Assembly (NCBI GenBank): GCA_963761305.1 | Contig: CAVXGK010000002.1 | Span: 320,001 to 384,000 of the forward strand | Direction: 5' to 3' | From: an uncultured Gemmatimonadaceae bacterium | GTDB taxonomy: Bacteria > Gemmatimonadota > Gemmatimonadetes > Gemmatimonadales > Gemmatimonadaceae | Length of the DNA: 64,000 nucleotides | Shown here: positions 38,988 to 49,258 of the stretch, one piece after another | Numbering within the stretch: the first letter of the stretch is position 1 | Layout of the letters: each line of letters opens with the position of its first letter | The notes under the pieces: model-generated | Told to the model about the DNA's origin: nothing | The model's input: the letters and a program-made list of their open reading frames with translations, nothing else | The model's database searches: none | Translations under genes and position numbers: made by a program

Positions 38988-39829
38988 GCGCCGTCAGCGT
39001 GGTGTCGGGAGGAACGGCGGCCGAAGCGCGGAAGCCGTTGGGGACCGAGCATGCGGCGTCGGTCTGGTCGGTGTTTTTCGCGCTGTTGCGGCGCGATCTG
39101 CGGGTGGCGCGCAAGGAGATCGTCTTCTTCCTCGTGCGCACCACGATGCAGCCGCTGCTGTTTCTCGTCGTGTTCGGCTACCTGCTGCCGAAGATGAGCT
39201 TCGTCGGCAAGGGATATCAGACGGCGCTCCTGCCCGGGATTCTCGCCGTGAGCCTGAGTCTCTCGGCGATTCAATCCGTCGCGCTGCCGATGGTGCAGGA
39301 TTTCGGTTGGACCAAAGAGATCGAGGATCGCCTGCTCGCGCCCGTGCCGACGCTCGTCATCGCCGCCGAGAAGATCGTGTCGGCGATGTTGCAAGGGTTC
39401 ATCGCCGCGGCGTTCGTGCTGCCGGTTGCGCGCCTCGTGATGGGGCCGATGCCAGCGCTGACGCTGTCGCACGGTGGCGAAATCGTGATCATCGTGCTCC
39501 TCGGCTCGCTCGCCTTCTCGTCGCTCGGCATGTGGCTCGGCACGGCCATCGCGCCGCAGCAGATCGGCCTGATGTTCAGCGTGATCATCGCGCCGATGCT
39601 GTTCTTCGGGTGCGCGTACTACCCGTGGCGCGGCCTCGACGTCGTTCCGGTGATGAAATACCTGGTGCTCGTGAACCCGATGGTCTACGTGGCGGAGGGC
39701 ATGCGCGGCGCGCTCACCCCGGCCGTTCCGCACATGCCGTTCCCCGTCGTGATCGTCGCGCTCGTCGTGATCTCGACCTTCTTCTGGACCCTGGGCACCC
39801 GGAGCTTCTTCAAGCGCGCCATCGGATGA
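38984..39829 (+). CDS. ABC-2 type exporter permease
   Basis: About 6 TM; EDRLLAP, NPMVYVAEGMR. Confidence 0.88.
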   Translation: MSAVSVVSGGTAAEARKPLGTEHAASVWSVFFALLRRDLRVARKEIVFFLVRTTMQPLLFLVVFGYLLPKMSFVGKGYQTALLPGILAVSLSLSAIQSVALPMVQDFGWTKEIEDRLLAPVPTLVIAAEKIVSAMLQGFIAAAFVLPVARLVMGPMPALTLSHGGEIVIIVLLGSLAFSSLGMWLGTAIAPQQIGLMFSVIIAPMLFFGCAYYPWRGLDVVPVMKYLVLVNPMVYVAEGMRGALTPAVPHMPFPVVIVALVVISTFFWTLGTRSFFKRAIG

Positions 39830-40431
39830 CCGGCGTTTCCGACGTCGGCCCCGATCCCATCGCGCGATTCGTCGCGCTCTTCGAAGAAGCTCAACGGTTG
39901 CCACGCACCGCCGTCCCCGAACCGACGGCATTCGCCCTCGCCACCGTCGATGAGCGCGGCGCGCCGAGCGTACGGATCGTCTTGCTCAAGCACGTGGACC
40001 GCGACGGGTTCGTGTTCTACACGAATCACGAGAGCCGGAAGGGACGCGAGCTGCTCGCCACGCGGCGCGCCGCGCTGTGCTTTCACTGGCAGCCGATGGA
40101 AGTGCAGGTGCGCGTGGAAGGCGACGCCGCGCCCGTGCGCGACGACGAGGCCGACGCCTACTTCGCCGGCCGCGCCCGCGGCAGCCAGATCGGCGCGTGG
40201 GCGTCGCGGCAGAGCCGTCCGATCGAACATCCCGGCGAGCTCGAGGCCCGCGTCGACGAGGTGTCGAAACGATTCGCCGGTGGACCCGTGCCCCGGCCGC
40301 CCTATTGGTCCGGCTTCCGCGTGGCTCCGAAGCGAATTGAATTCTGGAAGGGAAGGCCCGATCGTCTGCATATTCGCGACGTGTACGAGCGCAGCGGTAC
40401 CGACTGGCACATCAGTCGCCTTTATCCCTGA
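39826..40431 (+). CDS. pdxH: Pyridoxamine 5'-phosphate oxidase
   Basis: RIVLLK, FYTNHESRKG, QIGAWASRQS, PYWSG, EFWKGRPDRLH. Confidence 0.93.
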   Translation: MTGVSDVGPDPIARFVALFEEAQRLPRTAVPEPTAFALATVDERGAPSVRIVLLKHVDRDGFVFYTNHESRKGRELLATRRAALCFHWQPMEVQVRVEGDAAPVRDDEADAYFAGRARGSQIGAWASRQSRPIEHPGELEARVDEVSKRFAGGPVPRPPYWSGFRVAPKRIEFWKGRPDRLHIRDVYERSGTDWHISRLYP

Positions 40432-40452
40432 CAATTCGATTATTTTCGGCGC

Positions 40453-42471
40453 ATGGCCACCACGACTCGCGTAACAGACGCTTCCTCGGGTTCCGCCGCC
40501 GAGAGCAACGGCGCCGCGTCTCCCCCCGCCGCCGGCGACGCGACGCCCACTGGATGGTCGATCGACGCCGCCCGCGCGCTCTACCGGATCGAAGGATGGG
40601 GCGCCGGTTTCTTCGACGTCAACGACGAAGGCCACGTCATCGTGCGGCCGGACAAGGACCGTCCCGACCACACCATCGACCTGTACGAGATCACCAACGA
40701 CCTCGAGGAGCAGGGCATCGCGCTGCCCGTGTTGCTGCGCTTCTCGGACATCCTCCGCTCGCGGATCGAGGACCTCACCACGCGCTTCGAGCAGGCGCGC
40801 GAGGAGTTCGGCTACACCGGCGGCTACACGACCGTCTACCCGATCAAGGTCAACCAGCAGCGGCACGTCATCGAAGAAATCGTCGAATTCGGAAAGGGGA
40901 TCCGCGTCGGGCTCGAGTGCGGCAGCAAGCCGGAGCTGCAAGCCATCCTCGGCCTGGGCGAAGACACCGACCATGTGATCGTGTGCAACGGCTACAAGGA
41001 CGAGGAGTTCATGCGCCTCGCCCTCATGGGCCAGAAGCTCGGCCACAAGGTGTTCATCGTCATCGAGCAGTTGAGCGAGATCGACGTGCTGCTCCAGGTG
41101 GCCGACGAGTTGGGCGTCACGCCGATCGCCGGTGTGCGCATCAAACTCGCGTCGCGCGGCTTCGGGCGATGGAAGGAGAGCGGCGGCGAGAAGTCCAAGT
41201 TCGGGCTCAACTCCGCGCAGCTCATGCAGGCAATCGACAAGCTGCGCGCCGCGAACCGGCTGGACATCATCAAGCTGATCCACTTCCACCTCGGCTCGCA
41301 GATCACGGATATCCGGTTCATCAAGCTCGGGCTCACCGAGCTGACGCGCTTTTACGTCGAGCTCCGCAAGCTCGGCCTCGACATCACGCACGTCGACGTG
41401 GGCGGCGGCCTGGGTGTGGACTACGACGGCACCAACTCGACGGCCGACGCGAGCGTGAACTACTCGCTGCAGGAGTACGCCAACGACGTGGTGTACACGC
41501 TTGCCGAGGCCTGTCGCGAGCACGAGATCCCGATGCCGCACATCATCAGCGAGTCGGGGCGGGCCCTCACGGCCCATCACGCGCTGCTCTTGATCAAGGT
41601 GATCGACGTCGAGTCGCAGGCCGACCGTCCGGTGCCGGAGCTGACGGAGGACGACCATCAGCTGTTGCACGAGATGCTGGCCGACCACCGCGACGCGTCG
41701 CGCAAGTCGGTCTCGAAGCGCCGCGTGCGCGAGATCTACCACGACATGACGTTCGACAAGGAGCGCGCGCAGGAGCTGTTCAACAGCGGCGTCTTCACGC
41801 TGCGCGAGCGCGCGCTGGCCGAGCAGATCTACTTCGCGACAGCGAACGTGCTGGCGAAATCGGTTTCGCGAAAGGCCGGCGACTTCGCCGACATCATCGC
41901 CGATCTCGACACGACGCTGGTCGACCGGTACTTCTGCAACTTCTCGCTCTTCCAGTCACTCCCGGACAGCTGGGCGATCGACCACGTCTTCCCGATCATG
42001 CCGATTCACCGCCTGAACGAGGAGCCGGCGCGCCGCGGCACGATCCAGGACGTGACGTGTGATTCCGACGGCAAGATCGACCGGTTCGCCGGCGAGAAGT
42101 CGTCCAACGCCAGCCTGGAGCTCCACGAGTTCCACGACGGCGAGCCCTACATGCTCGGCGTGTTCCTCACCGGCGCCTACCAGGAAATTCTCGGCGATCT
42201 GCACAACCTGTTCGGCGACACGAACGCGGTACACGTGCGGCTCGCGCCGCCGCCGAACGGCGGCTACGAGGTGACCGATCTCGTGCACGGCGACACAGTG
42301 ACAGAGGTGTTGAACTACGTGCAGTTCCGCGCGGCCGATCTCCTCCAGACGTTCCGCCGCAAGGTTGCCGCGGCGAAGCACATCACGCGTCAGGAAGCGA
42401 ACACGTTCATCGCCGACTACGTGGCCGGCCTCGAAGGCTACACGTACCTCGAGGGCGAAGCGGCGCAGTAG
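40453..42471 (+). CDS. speA: Biosynthetic arginine decarboxylase
   Basis: YPIKVNQ, GSKPEL, CNGYKD, HFHLGSQI, DVGGGLG, NFSLFQSLPDSW, TCDSDG, GAYQEILG. Confidence 0.95.
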   Translation: MATTTRVTDASSGSAAESNGAASPPAAGDATPTGWSIDAARALYRIEGWGAGFFDVNDEGHVIVRPDKDRPDHTIDLYEITNDLEEQGIALPVLLRFSDILRSRIEDLTTRFEQAREEFGYTGGYTTVYPIKVNQQRHVIEEIVEFGKGIRVGLECGSKPELQAILGLGEDTDHVIVCNGYKDEEFMRLALMGQKLGHKVFIVIEQLSEIDVLLQVADELGVTPIAGVRIKLASRGFGRWKESGGEKSKFGLNSAQLMQAIDKLRAANRLDIIKLIHFHLGSQITDIRFIKLGLTELTRFYVELRKLGLDITHVDVGGGLGVDYDGTNSTADASVNYSLQEYANDVVYTLAEACREHEIPMPHIISESGRALTAHHALLLIKVIDVESQADRPVPELTEDDHQLLHEMLADHRDASRKSVSKRRVREIYHDMTFDKERAQELFNSGVFTLRERALAEQIYFATANVLAKSVSRKAGDFADIIADLDTTLVDRYFCNFSLFQSLPDSWAIDHVFPIMPIHRLNEEPARRGTIQDVTCDSDGKIDRFAGEKSSNASLELHEFHDGEPYMLGVFLTGAYQEILGDLHNLFGDTNAVHVRLAPPPNGGYEVTDLVHGDTVTEVLNYVQFRAADLLQTFRRKVAAAKHITRQEANTFIADYVAGLEGYTYLEGEAAQ

Positions 42472-42480
42472 CGCGCCGAG

Positions 42481-42906
42481 TTACCAGTAGCCGTTCTGGT
42501 ACACGTGCGACGAGTCGAGATTCGGCGCCACGACGATTCGTACGCGATCGCCCCGGTTCAAGCTGAAAGGGCCAAGGTGCGTCGACGCACTGTCGTTCGT
42601 CGACCGGACTTCGAAGGTCGTCAGCGCGTACCGGAAGTAGTCCGGACCCAGCGCGACGGTCTGGCTCGCGCCGGGCGCCACGTTCGCGACGAGACTGGTG
42701 TCCTCGTTGGCTTCGGCGAAGACGCGAACGGGGACCGCGTAGTCGTTCTGTACGCGAAGAAGGAACGACTCCGGCGGCGCCGCCCGCATCGAGTCGAACG
42801 CGAGCTCCCCGCCGGCGGTTTGCGGATGGACGCTGTGGTCTTGTGCGCAGGCCGCGAGGAGCGCGACGACGGCCGCGCCCGCGATGCCCATTCGAATTCG
42901 TGTCAT
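42481..42906 (-). CDS. Small hypothetical lipoprotein (paralog 1 of 3)
   Basis: Lipobox LAAC; motifs VQNDY, LGPFSL shared with its neighbours. Confidence 0.8.
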   Translation of the reverse strand: MTRIRMGIAGAAVVALLAACAQDHSVHPQTAGGELAFDSMRAAPPESFLLRVQNDYAVPVRVFAEANEDTSLVANVAPGASQTVALGPDYFRYALTTFEVRSTNDSASTHLGPFSLNRGDRVRIVVAPNLDSSHVYQNGYW

Positions 42907-42916
42907 GGCTACTGCC

Positions 42917-43330
42917 TCACGGCGTGGTCGGACGGACCTGAACGCGCGACGAATCGAGGTCGGGCGTGACGATGAGGTCGGCCGTCTGACCCTTGCTCAG
43001 ATGGAACGGACCGAGCCGTTTCGACGGACCGGTCTCGGGGCGAATGTCGAGCGAGAAGGACGTACCCGGAAACAGGCTCGGATCCAGCATCACGGTCTGG
43101 TGCCCGTCCGTCGCGAGGTTCGTGATTTCGCTCGATTTGTCGCCGATGATGGTGAAGATGCGGACTCGCGTCGGATAGCTGTTCTGCACGTGCACCAGCA
43201 CGGTGCGCGACGCGGTGAACGCGTTGACGTCCAGCTCGCCCGCCGACGTTTGGGACGTGTTCTTCGCGCACGAGGCTGCCAACAGAAAAGCGCTCGACGC
43301 CGTCGCGATCGCGATTCGAAATCGTGACAT
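42917..43330 (-). CDS. Small hypothetical lipoprotein (paralog 2 of 3)
   Basis: Start ATG 43330 after AAGGAGG; lipobox-like AASC; VQNSYP, LGPFHL. Confidence 0.8.
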   Translation of the reverse strand: MSRFRIAIATASSAFLLAASCAKNTSQTSAGELDVNAFTASRTVLVHVQNSYPTRVRIFTIIGDKSSEITNLATDGHQTVMLDPSLFPGTSFSLDIRPETGPSKRLGPFHLSKGQTADLIVTPDLDSSRVQVRPTTP

Positions 43331-43392
43331 GATCCCTCCTTGGGAGCGAGCGGGTGAGTCGCATCCGCACGACTGCCCATCGGTGTACCGAT

Positions 43393-43409
43393 GGGCAGTT
43401 TCAGTGCCG
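43393..43409 (-). promoter_or_regulatory. Sigma-54-like promoter (-24/-12)
   Basis: Minus strand CGGCAC-TGAAA-CTGC, GG-N10-GC spacing. Confidence 0.55.
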
Positions 43410-43434
43410 ACGCACGCGCTGCGCGACCCCGCGC

Positions 43435-43854
43435 TTACGGCGTGGAGTGATGAACTTCGACGTGCGCCAGATTGAGGTCCGGTGCCACGACCAGTTCGGC
43501 CGTCTCGCCCTTGTAGAGCGCGAACGGGCCGAGCTGTTTCGTCATCGTTCCGTCCTCGGGACGGACCTCGAACGAGATGCGCGGATATGGGAAGAGGTTC
43601 GGGTCGAGCACGACCGTGCGGATGCCGTTCGGGTCCACACTCGTCACCTCGTTGGCCTTGCCTCCCAGGAGCGTGTAGACGCGGACTTTTGCTGGATAGT
43701 TGTTCTGCACGCGGAGCAGCACCGTCCGCAACGCCGACAGCGAGTCGACCTCGATGTCGCCGGCGGCTGATTGTGTGTGAGCGTCTCCCGGCATGCAGCC
43801 GGCGACGAGGGTGGCGAACGCCACGCCCGTGACGGCGATTCGAATTCGTGTCAT
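43435..43854 (-). CDS. Small hypothetical lipoprotein (paralog 3 of 3)
   Basis: Start ATG 43854 after GAGGAGG; lipobox VAGC; VQNNYP, LGPFAL. Confidence 0.8.
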   Translation of the reverse strand: MTRIRIAVTGVAFATLVAGCMPGDAHTQSAAGDIEVDSLSALRTVLLRVQNNYPAKVRVYTLLGGKANEVTSVDPNGIRTVVLDPNLFPYPRISFEVRPEDGTMTKQLGPFALYKGETAELVVAPDLNLAHVEVHHSTP

Positions 43855-43920
43855 AGTTGTATATCCTCCTCGGAGAGCGAGCTGGTGCAGCCGGCTCGAA
43901 CTCTCTCGTATTGGACGAAA

Positions 43921-43937
43921 GGGCAGTTTCAATGCCG
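43921..43937 (-). promoter_or_regulatory. Sigma-54-like promoter (-24/-12)
   Basis: Minus strand CGGCAT-TGAAA-CTGC, 16/17 identical to 43393-43409. Confidence 0.55.
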
Positions 43938-43990
43938 CTCGCCGCGACAGGCGTCCGGTTCCGGCGCCGTCGACCTCTACCGTTCCATCC

Positions 43991-45226
43991 ATGCGAATTC
44001 TCTCCATCACCACCGCGCTCGCGCTCATCGGAGCGACGCACGCCGCGGCGCAGTTTTCGTCGCTCGCGCCGACCGACAACGCTACCGTCACGATCCACGC
44101 GGCCCGACTGATCGACGGGCGCGGCAACGAAACGACGAACGCCCTGGTCACGGTTCGCGGCGGCCGCATCGTGAGCGTCGCGAAGGCGGTGGAATCGTCG
44201 GGCGCCACCTATGAGCTCGGCGATGCGACGCTCCTGCCCGGGCTGATCGACGCGCACACGCACCCGGGCTGGTACATCAACCGACAGGGCGCGCTCCACG
44301 GCGCGCGGGATGGCGATACCCCTGTTCAATCGGCGCTGGCTCGGGCGGGGAATCTCTACGCGACATTGATGGCCGGGTTCACCACGATTCAGAGCGTCGG
44401 CGGCGTCGAAGATCTCGACCTCCGCGACGCGGTGGCGCGATGGCAGATCCCCGGGCCGCGGATCCTGACCTCGATAACGCAACTCAGCGACACGACGCTT
44501 TCACCCGATTCGCTGCGCGCGCGCGTCCGTTCGCTCAAGGAGCGCGGCGCGGACGTCATCAAACTGTTCGCCTCCGCCGGACTCGGCGCGGGAGGTAACC
44601 AGACGATGTCCGACGCGCAGCTTGCCGCGATCTGTGGCGAAGCCAAAGCCCAGGGGCTGCGCTCCGTCGTCCACGCCATCAGCGCAGCGAGCGTGCGCGC
44701 CGCGACGCTCGCCGGCTGCACCGAGATCGAGCACGGCACGTTCGCCACCCAAGCCGAGCTCACGCTCATGGCCGAACACGGAACGATCTTCGACCCGCAG
44801 GTGTGCCTCGTCTTTCAGAACTACATCGACCATCGCGACGTGTACGCGCGATCCGGCTTCACCGATGCCTCGTTCGACGCCTTGGCGAAGGCCATCCCGA
44901 CGGCGACGGCGATGTTCAGGAAGGCGCTCGCCACCCCCGGCCTGCGACTCATCTTCGGAACGGACGCGGTGGCGCTCGCGCACGGCCGCAACGCGGATGA
45001 GCTGATCTGTCGCGTGAAGGCGGGGCAGCGTCCCATGGACGCGATCACGACGGCGACGTCGGCCACCGCGGCAGCGTTGGGGCTCGGCGAGAAACTGGGC
45101 GCGGTGGCGCCGGGCTATGAGGCCGATCTCATCGCGGTGCGCGGCGATCCCGCAAAAGACATCGCCGCGCTCACGAAGGTGTCGTTCGTGATGCGCGGCG
45201 GTGTGGTGTTCAGCGGCGCACCATAA
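43991..45226 (+). CDS. Secreted metal-dependent amidohydrolase
   Basis: Signal peptide; LPGLIDAHTH, GFTT, IKLF, VHA, EHG, FGTD, ADLIAV. Confidence 0.87.
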   Translation: MRILSITTALALIGATHAAAQFSSLAPTDNATVTIHAARLIDGRGNETTNALVTVRGGRIVSVAKAVESSGATYELGDATLLPGLIDAHTHPGWYINRQGALHGARDGDTPVQSALARAGNLYATLMAGFTTIQSVGGVEDLDLRDAVARWQIPGPRILTSITQLSDTTLSPDSLRARVRSLKERGADVIKLFASAGLGAGGNQTMSDAQLAAICGEAKAQGLRSVVHAISAASVRAATLAGCTEIEHGTFATQAELTLMAEHGTIFDPQVCLVFQNYIDHRDVYARSGFTDASFDALAKAIPTATAMFRKALATPGLRLIFGTDAVALAHGRNADELICRVKAGQRPMDAITTATSATAAALGLGEKLGAVAPGYEADLIAVRGDPAKDIAALTKVSFVMRGGVVFSGAP

Positions 45227-45248
45227 CGCGCGCTGCTATCCCCAAGCG

Positions 45249-45848
45249 TCAGCGATAGCGGTCGGCGACAGCGTCCCAGTTCACGACGTTCCACCACGCG
45301 CCGATGTAGTCGGGGCGGCGGTTCTGATACTTGAGGTAGTACGCGTGCTCCCAGACGTCGAGACCGAGGATCGCGGTCTTGCCGTCCATGAGCGGGTTGT
45401 CCTGGTTCGGCGTGCTGGTGATCGACAGCTTGCCGCCGTCGTTGACGAGCCACGCCCAGCCCGAGCCGAATCGGCCGACGCCGGCGGCCGCGAACTGCTC
45501 TTTGAATTTACTGAAATCGCCGAACGCGGATTTGATCGCGTCGGCCAGCTTGCCCGTCGGCTCGCCGCCCTTGCCGGGACCCATGAGCTGCCAGAACAGG
45601 CTGTGGTTCCAATGGCCGCCGCCGTTGTTGCGCACCGCGCCGCGCACAGCTTCCGGGACGGAGTTGATGCCGCGCATCAGATCGTCGAGCGACTTGCTCG
45701 CCAACTCCGGCGCCTTCTCGATCGCGGCGTTCAGGTTGTTGACGTAGGCCTGGTGATGTTTGGTGTGGTGGATTTCCATCGTGCGCGCGTCGATGTGCGG
45801 CTCGAGCGCGTCGTTCGCATACGGCAATGCGGGCAGCGTGAACGCCAT
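45249..45848 (-). CDS. sodA: Mn/Fe superoxide dismutase (Mn-type signature)
   Basis: [34 protein letters not shown]. Confidence 0.95.
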   Translation of the reverse strand: MAFTLPALPYANDALEPHIDARTMEIHHTKHHQAYVNNLNAAIEKAPELASKSLDDLMRGINSVPEAVRGAVRNNGGGHWNHSLFWQLMGPGKGGEPTGKLADAIKSAFGDFSKFKEQFAAAGVGRFGSGWAWLVNDGGKLSITSTPNQDNPLMDGKTAILGLDVWEHAYYLKYQNRRPDYIGAWWNVVNWDAVADRYR

Positions 45849-46468
45849 TAGGCTCTCCTTGCTCGGTACCAGCCGATGATACCCGGCGAGATCGAGACGA
45901 GAATGACGATTGCGATCACGCTCTCGATGTGCCGGTCGACTCCCGGAATGTAGCGCCCCAGGAAATAACCGATGAACAGCATGCTCCAGATCCACGCCAG
46001 CCCGCCGATCACATTGTAGATCGCGTACCGGCGCCGATCCATCTGCGCCATGCCGGCCACGACCGGAACGAACGTGCGCACGATCGGCATGAAGCGCGCG
46101 ATGACGATCGTCGACGCGCCGTGCTTTTCATAGAACTCGTGCGCGCGATAGAGGTGCTTCTTGTTGAAGAGCAGGGATTCTTCGCGCGTGAAGAGCCGCG
46201 GTCCCGCCGCCGCGCCGATCATGTAGCCGGACGTATTGCCGAGGATCGACGCGACCGACAACAGGACCCCAAGCAGCGCGACGTTGAACACGCCGGTTGT
46301 CGCGGCCAGCAGTCCAGCCGTCACGATCAGCGAGTCGCCCGGCAGAAAGAACCCCACCAGCAGCCCAGTCTCGGCGAAGATGATCGCGGTGAGGCCGACG
46401 TAGCCGCCCCATGCGATGATGCCTCGGACGTCGCGGACGCGATGCAGCCAGTCGAGCAGTGTGTGCAT
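45848..46468 (-). CDS. DedA-family membrane protein
   Basis: [27 protein letters not shown]. Confidence 0.92.
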   Translation of the reverse strand: MHTLLDWLHRVRDVRGIIAWGGYVGLTAIIFAETGLLVGFFLPGDSLIVTAGLLAATTGVFNVALLGVLLSVASILGNTSGYMIGAAAGPRLFTREESLLFNKKHLYRAHEFYEKHGASTIVIARFMPIVRTFVPVVAGMAQMDRRRYAIYNVIGGLAWIWSMLFIGYFLGRYIPGVDRHIESVIAIVILVSISPGIIGWYRARRA

Positions 46469-46623
46469 GTCGTGGTGTGAAGGAGCCGTGGGACGCGGGC
46501 ACAGGAAGTTCTGTGAGCAAGACGATCGAGGCAACGGTTGCGTTCGGCGACGAACGCGTCACGTTCCAGAGCGTTCCGGCGCCGCACTCCGCACCGCCGC
46601 CACCACCTTCGAGACTCCGGATC

Positions 46624-49257
46624 GTGCTCGACGTCCACCTCGTCTCTCACACGCACTGGGACCGCGAGTGGTATCTCCCCGTCGAGCGTTTTCGGCAGCG
46701 CCTGGTCGCGCTGGTCGACGAGCTGATCGACGATCCGCCCGGAGCCGAAGAGAGCTTCTTGCTCGACGGGCAGGCGATCGTCCTCGACGACTATGTGCGC
46801 GTGCGCCCCGATCGCGCGCGCGCGATGGGTGAGCTGCTGCGCGAGCGGCGTCTCGAGGCTGGGCCATGGTACGTCCTCGCCGACGAGCTGATTCCCAGTG
46901 GCGAGGCGTTGGTGAGAAATCTCCTCACCGGACGGCGAACACTCGCGCGATTCGGCGCCAGCGCGCCACCGGTACTCTATTGCCCCGATTCGTTTGGACA
47001 TCCCGCCGCGCTTCCGTCCATCGCCACGGGATTCGGGCTCGGCGTCATCGTACTCTGGCGGGGCTACGGCAGCCGGCGGTTCCCGCCCGGCGACACGGCA
47101 TGGTGGACGGCGCCGAGCGGCGAGCGGGTCTTGCTGTACCATCTGTCGCGAAGTGGTTACGAGCTCGCGTCGAATTTGCCCGTGGACGCGGAAGGCGCCG
47201 AAGCTCGCTGGGCGGCGATGCGAGAGCAGCTGGCGCCGCGCTCGACGACCGGCGTCGTCCTCCTGCCGCACGGCGCCGACCATCACGCAAGACAGGTCGA
47301 GTACCGCGCGGCAGTGAACGCAGTCGAGGCGGCGGGTGCACGCGATGCCGTCCATCGCAGCTCGCTGCTCCGGTTTCAGCGGGCGCTGGTCGAGCGCGCG
47401 AGCCACGCCGCGCTTCCGTCGGTCGACGGCGAGCTCCGCGATTCGTACGGCTACACGTGGACGCTGCAAGGCACGTTCGCCACGCGCGCGCACCAGAAGC
47501 GTCTCAATGCACTCGCCGAGCGAGCGCTGATCCGCGACGCCGAGCCGTGGAACGCACTCGCGTCACGAGAAAAGCGTTCTCGCCGGGCGCTGCTCGACGA
47601 GGCGTGGCGCACGCTGCTCGAGGCCCACCCGCACGACACGCTGTGCGGCTGCTCGATCGACGACGTCGCCGCGGCGATGGAGTTGCGTCTGGGTTCGGCG
47701 ATCAATCAAGCCGCGGGCGTGCGAGAGGACGCCGTGCTCGACCTCGTCGGTCACGACGCAGCCGTGGCGCGCACGAAGAAAGAGGAATGGCAACCAGTGG
47801 CGCTCATTCGAAATCCTGCGCCAAGGCGGCGGACCGGCGTGGCCGTCGTCGAGATCGAAGAGTTCATCGCCGACGTTCCGGTCGGTCCCGGGTCGGCGCC
47901 GGTCGCGAAAGCCGCGGAGTCACCATCGCCTCGGCGCACTCCATCAATTGCCGGGCTCGGCGCGGTTCAGGTACTCGGCCGCGAGACGCGAAATGCGCGC
48001 GTCGAATCGCCGCGGCACTACCCGGACAACGACCTCGTTTCCGTGACTCGCGTCGCGGCGTGGGTCGCCGACGCGCCCGCGTACGGAATCGTCTCTCGGC
48101 CGATTGGCCGCCGCACGCGCGCGGCCGCCGCGCGGATAGATCGTGTGACTACGACGCCTCGTTCGATGCGAAACGCGTCGGTCGCCGTCAGCGTCGACAA
48201 CGATGGCACCGTGTCGCTCGAGCATCTGAGCACCGGCCGCCGCGTCGCGTCGCTGATTCGCTTCGAGGATGACGCCGACATCGGCGACCTCTACACACCC
48301 GCGCCGCGCCCGCGGGCGTGCCGCGTTCAGTTTCGGGGCGTGCGTCGCGTGCACCGAGGGCCGTTGCGCGGCGAGCTCGCGCTTAGCGCGCGGATCACCG
48401 ATACGAACGCGAGCCGCGGCGCAGTCGCCGTCGACGTCACGATGCGGCTCGTGCTCGACGCCGGCGCGTCGCACCTCGTGTTGGCGCTGACGGGGAACAA
48501 CCAGCGCGACGATCACCGGCTGCGAGTCCTGCTGTCCACCGACGTCGAGCGGGCGGACGTGTGGGCCGACGCCGCGTTCGGTCCGGTGCGTCGCGTTCCC
48601 ATTGCGCCGAGCGCGGATGAAACGCAAGACGAACGCGTGCCGCTGACGGCGCCGCTCCATCGCTACGTGTCGTTGTTCGACGACGCGCGCGGCTGCACGG
48701 TCCTGAGCGACGGGCTCGCCGAGTACGAATCGCGCGACGAGGGCAGCGTCGCCGTGACGCTCGTGCGCGCCGTCGGCGAATTGTCCAAGTCCGATCTTCC
48801 GGAACGACCCGGGCACGCCGGCTGGCCGGTGCCGACGCCGCGCGCGCAGTGCCACGGACCGTTCGCCACGAATCTGGCATTCATGTTCCATGGCCCGCGC
48901 GACTCGGCCACCGTCGACTCGATCGAGCGCGCCGCCGACGACTTTCTCACGCCGATGGTCGGCACGACGCTTCGCTCGGCGCTCGAGACGCCGCCCGACG
49001 TCGCCGGCCCGGAGCTCGCCGGCGCGGGCTTGGCGTTCTCCACGATCAAGGAGAGCGAAGACGGGCGCTGGACCGTCCTGCGCTGCGTGAATCTCACGGA
49101 CGAATCGATCGCCGGCGCGTGGCAGCTTCCGTTCGCCGTCTCCGAAGCGCACGCATCTCGGCTGGACGAGACCGTTCTGGCACCGGCGCGCATCGACGAC
49201 AACCAGATCCGGTTCACCGCCGAGCCACGCGCCATCGTCACGCTGCTCGTTCGGTGA
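46624..49257 (+). CDS. GH38 alpha-mannosidase-family glycoside hydrolase
   Basis: VSHTHWDREWY, FLLDGQ, GPWYVLADE, DSFGH, HPHDTLCGCSID; start uncertain (46513 or 46624). Confidence 0.88.
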   Translation: MLDVHLVSHTHWDREWYLPVERFRQRLVALVDELIDDPPGAEESFLLDGQAIVLDDYVRVRPDRARAMGELLRERRLEAGPWYVLADELIPSGEALVRNLLTGRRTLARFGASAPPVLYCPDSFGHPAALPSIATGFGLGVIVLWRGYGSRRFPPGDTAWWTAPSGERVLLYHLSRSGYELASNLPVDAEGAEARWAAMREQLAPRSTTGVVLLPHGADHHARQVEYRAAVNAVEAAGARDAVHRSSLLRFQRALVERASHAALPSVDGELRDSYGYTWTLQGTFATRAHQKRLNALAERALIRDAEPWNALASREKRSRRALLDEAWRTLLEAHPHDTLCGCSIDDVAAAMELRLGSAINQAAGVREDAVLDLVGHDAAVARTKKEEWQPVALIRNPAPRRRTGVAVVEIEEFIADVPVGPGSAPVAKAAESPSPRRTPSIAGLGAVQVLGRETRNARVESPRHYPDNDLVSVTRVAAWVADAPAYGIVSRPIGRRTRAAAARIDRVTTTPRSMRNASVAVSVDNDGTVSLEHLSTGRRVASLIRFEDDADIGDLYTPAPRPRACRVQFRGVRRVHRGPLRGELALSARITDTNASRGAVAVDVTMRLVLDAGASHLVLALTGNNQRDDHRLRVLLSTDVERADVWADAAFGPVRRVPIAPSADETQDERVPLTAPLHRYVSLFDDARGCTVLSDGLAEYESRDEGSVAVTLVRAVGELSKSDLPERPGHAGWPVPTPRAQCHGPFATNLAFMFHGPRDSATVDSIERAADDFLTPMVGTTLRSALETPPDVAGPELAGAGLAFSTIKESEDGRWTVLRCVNLTDESIAGAWQLPFAVSEAHASRLDETVLAPARIDDNQIRFTAEPRAIVTLLVR

Positions 49258-49258
49258 A

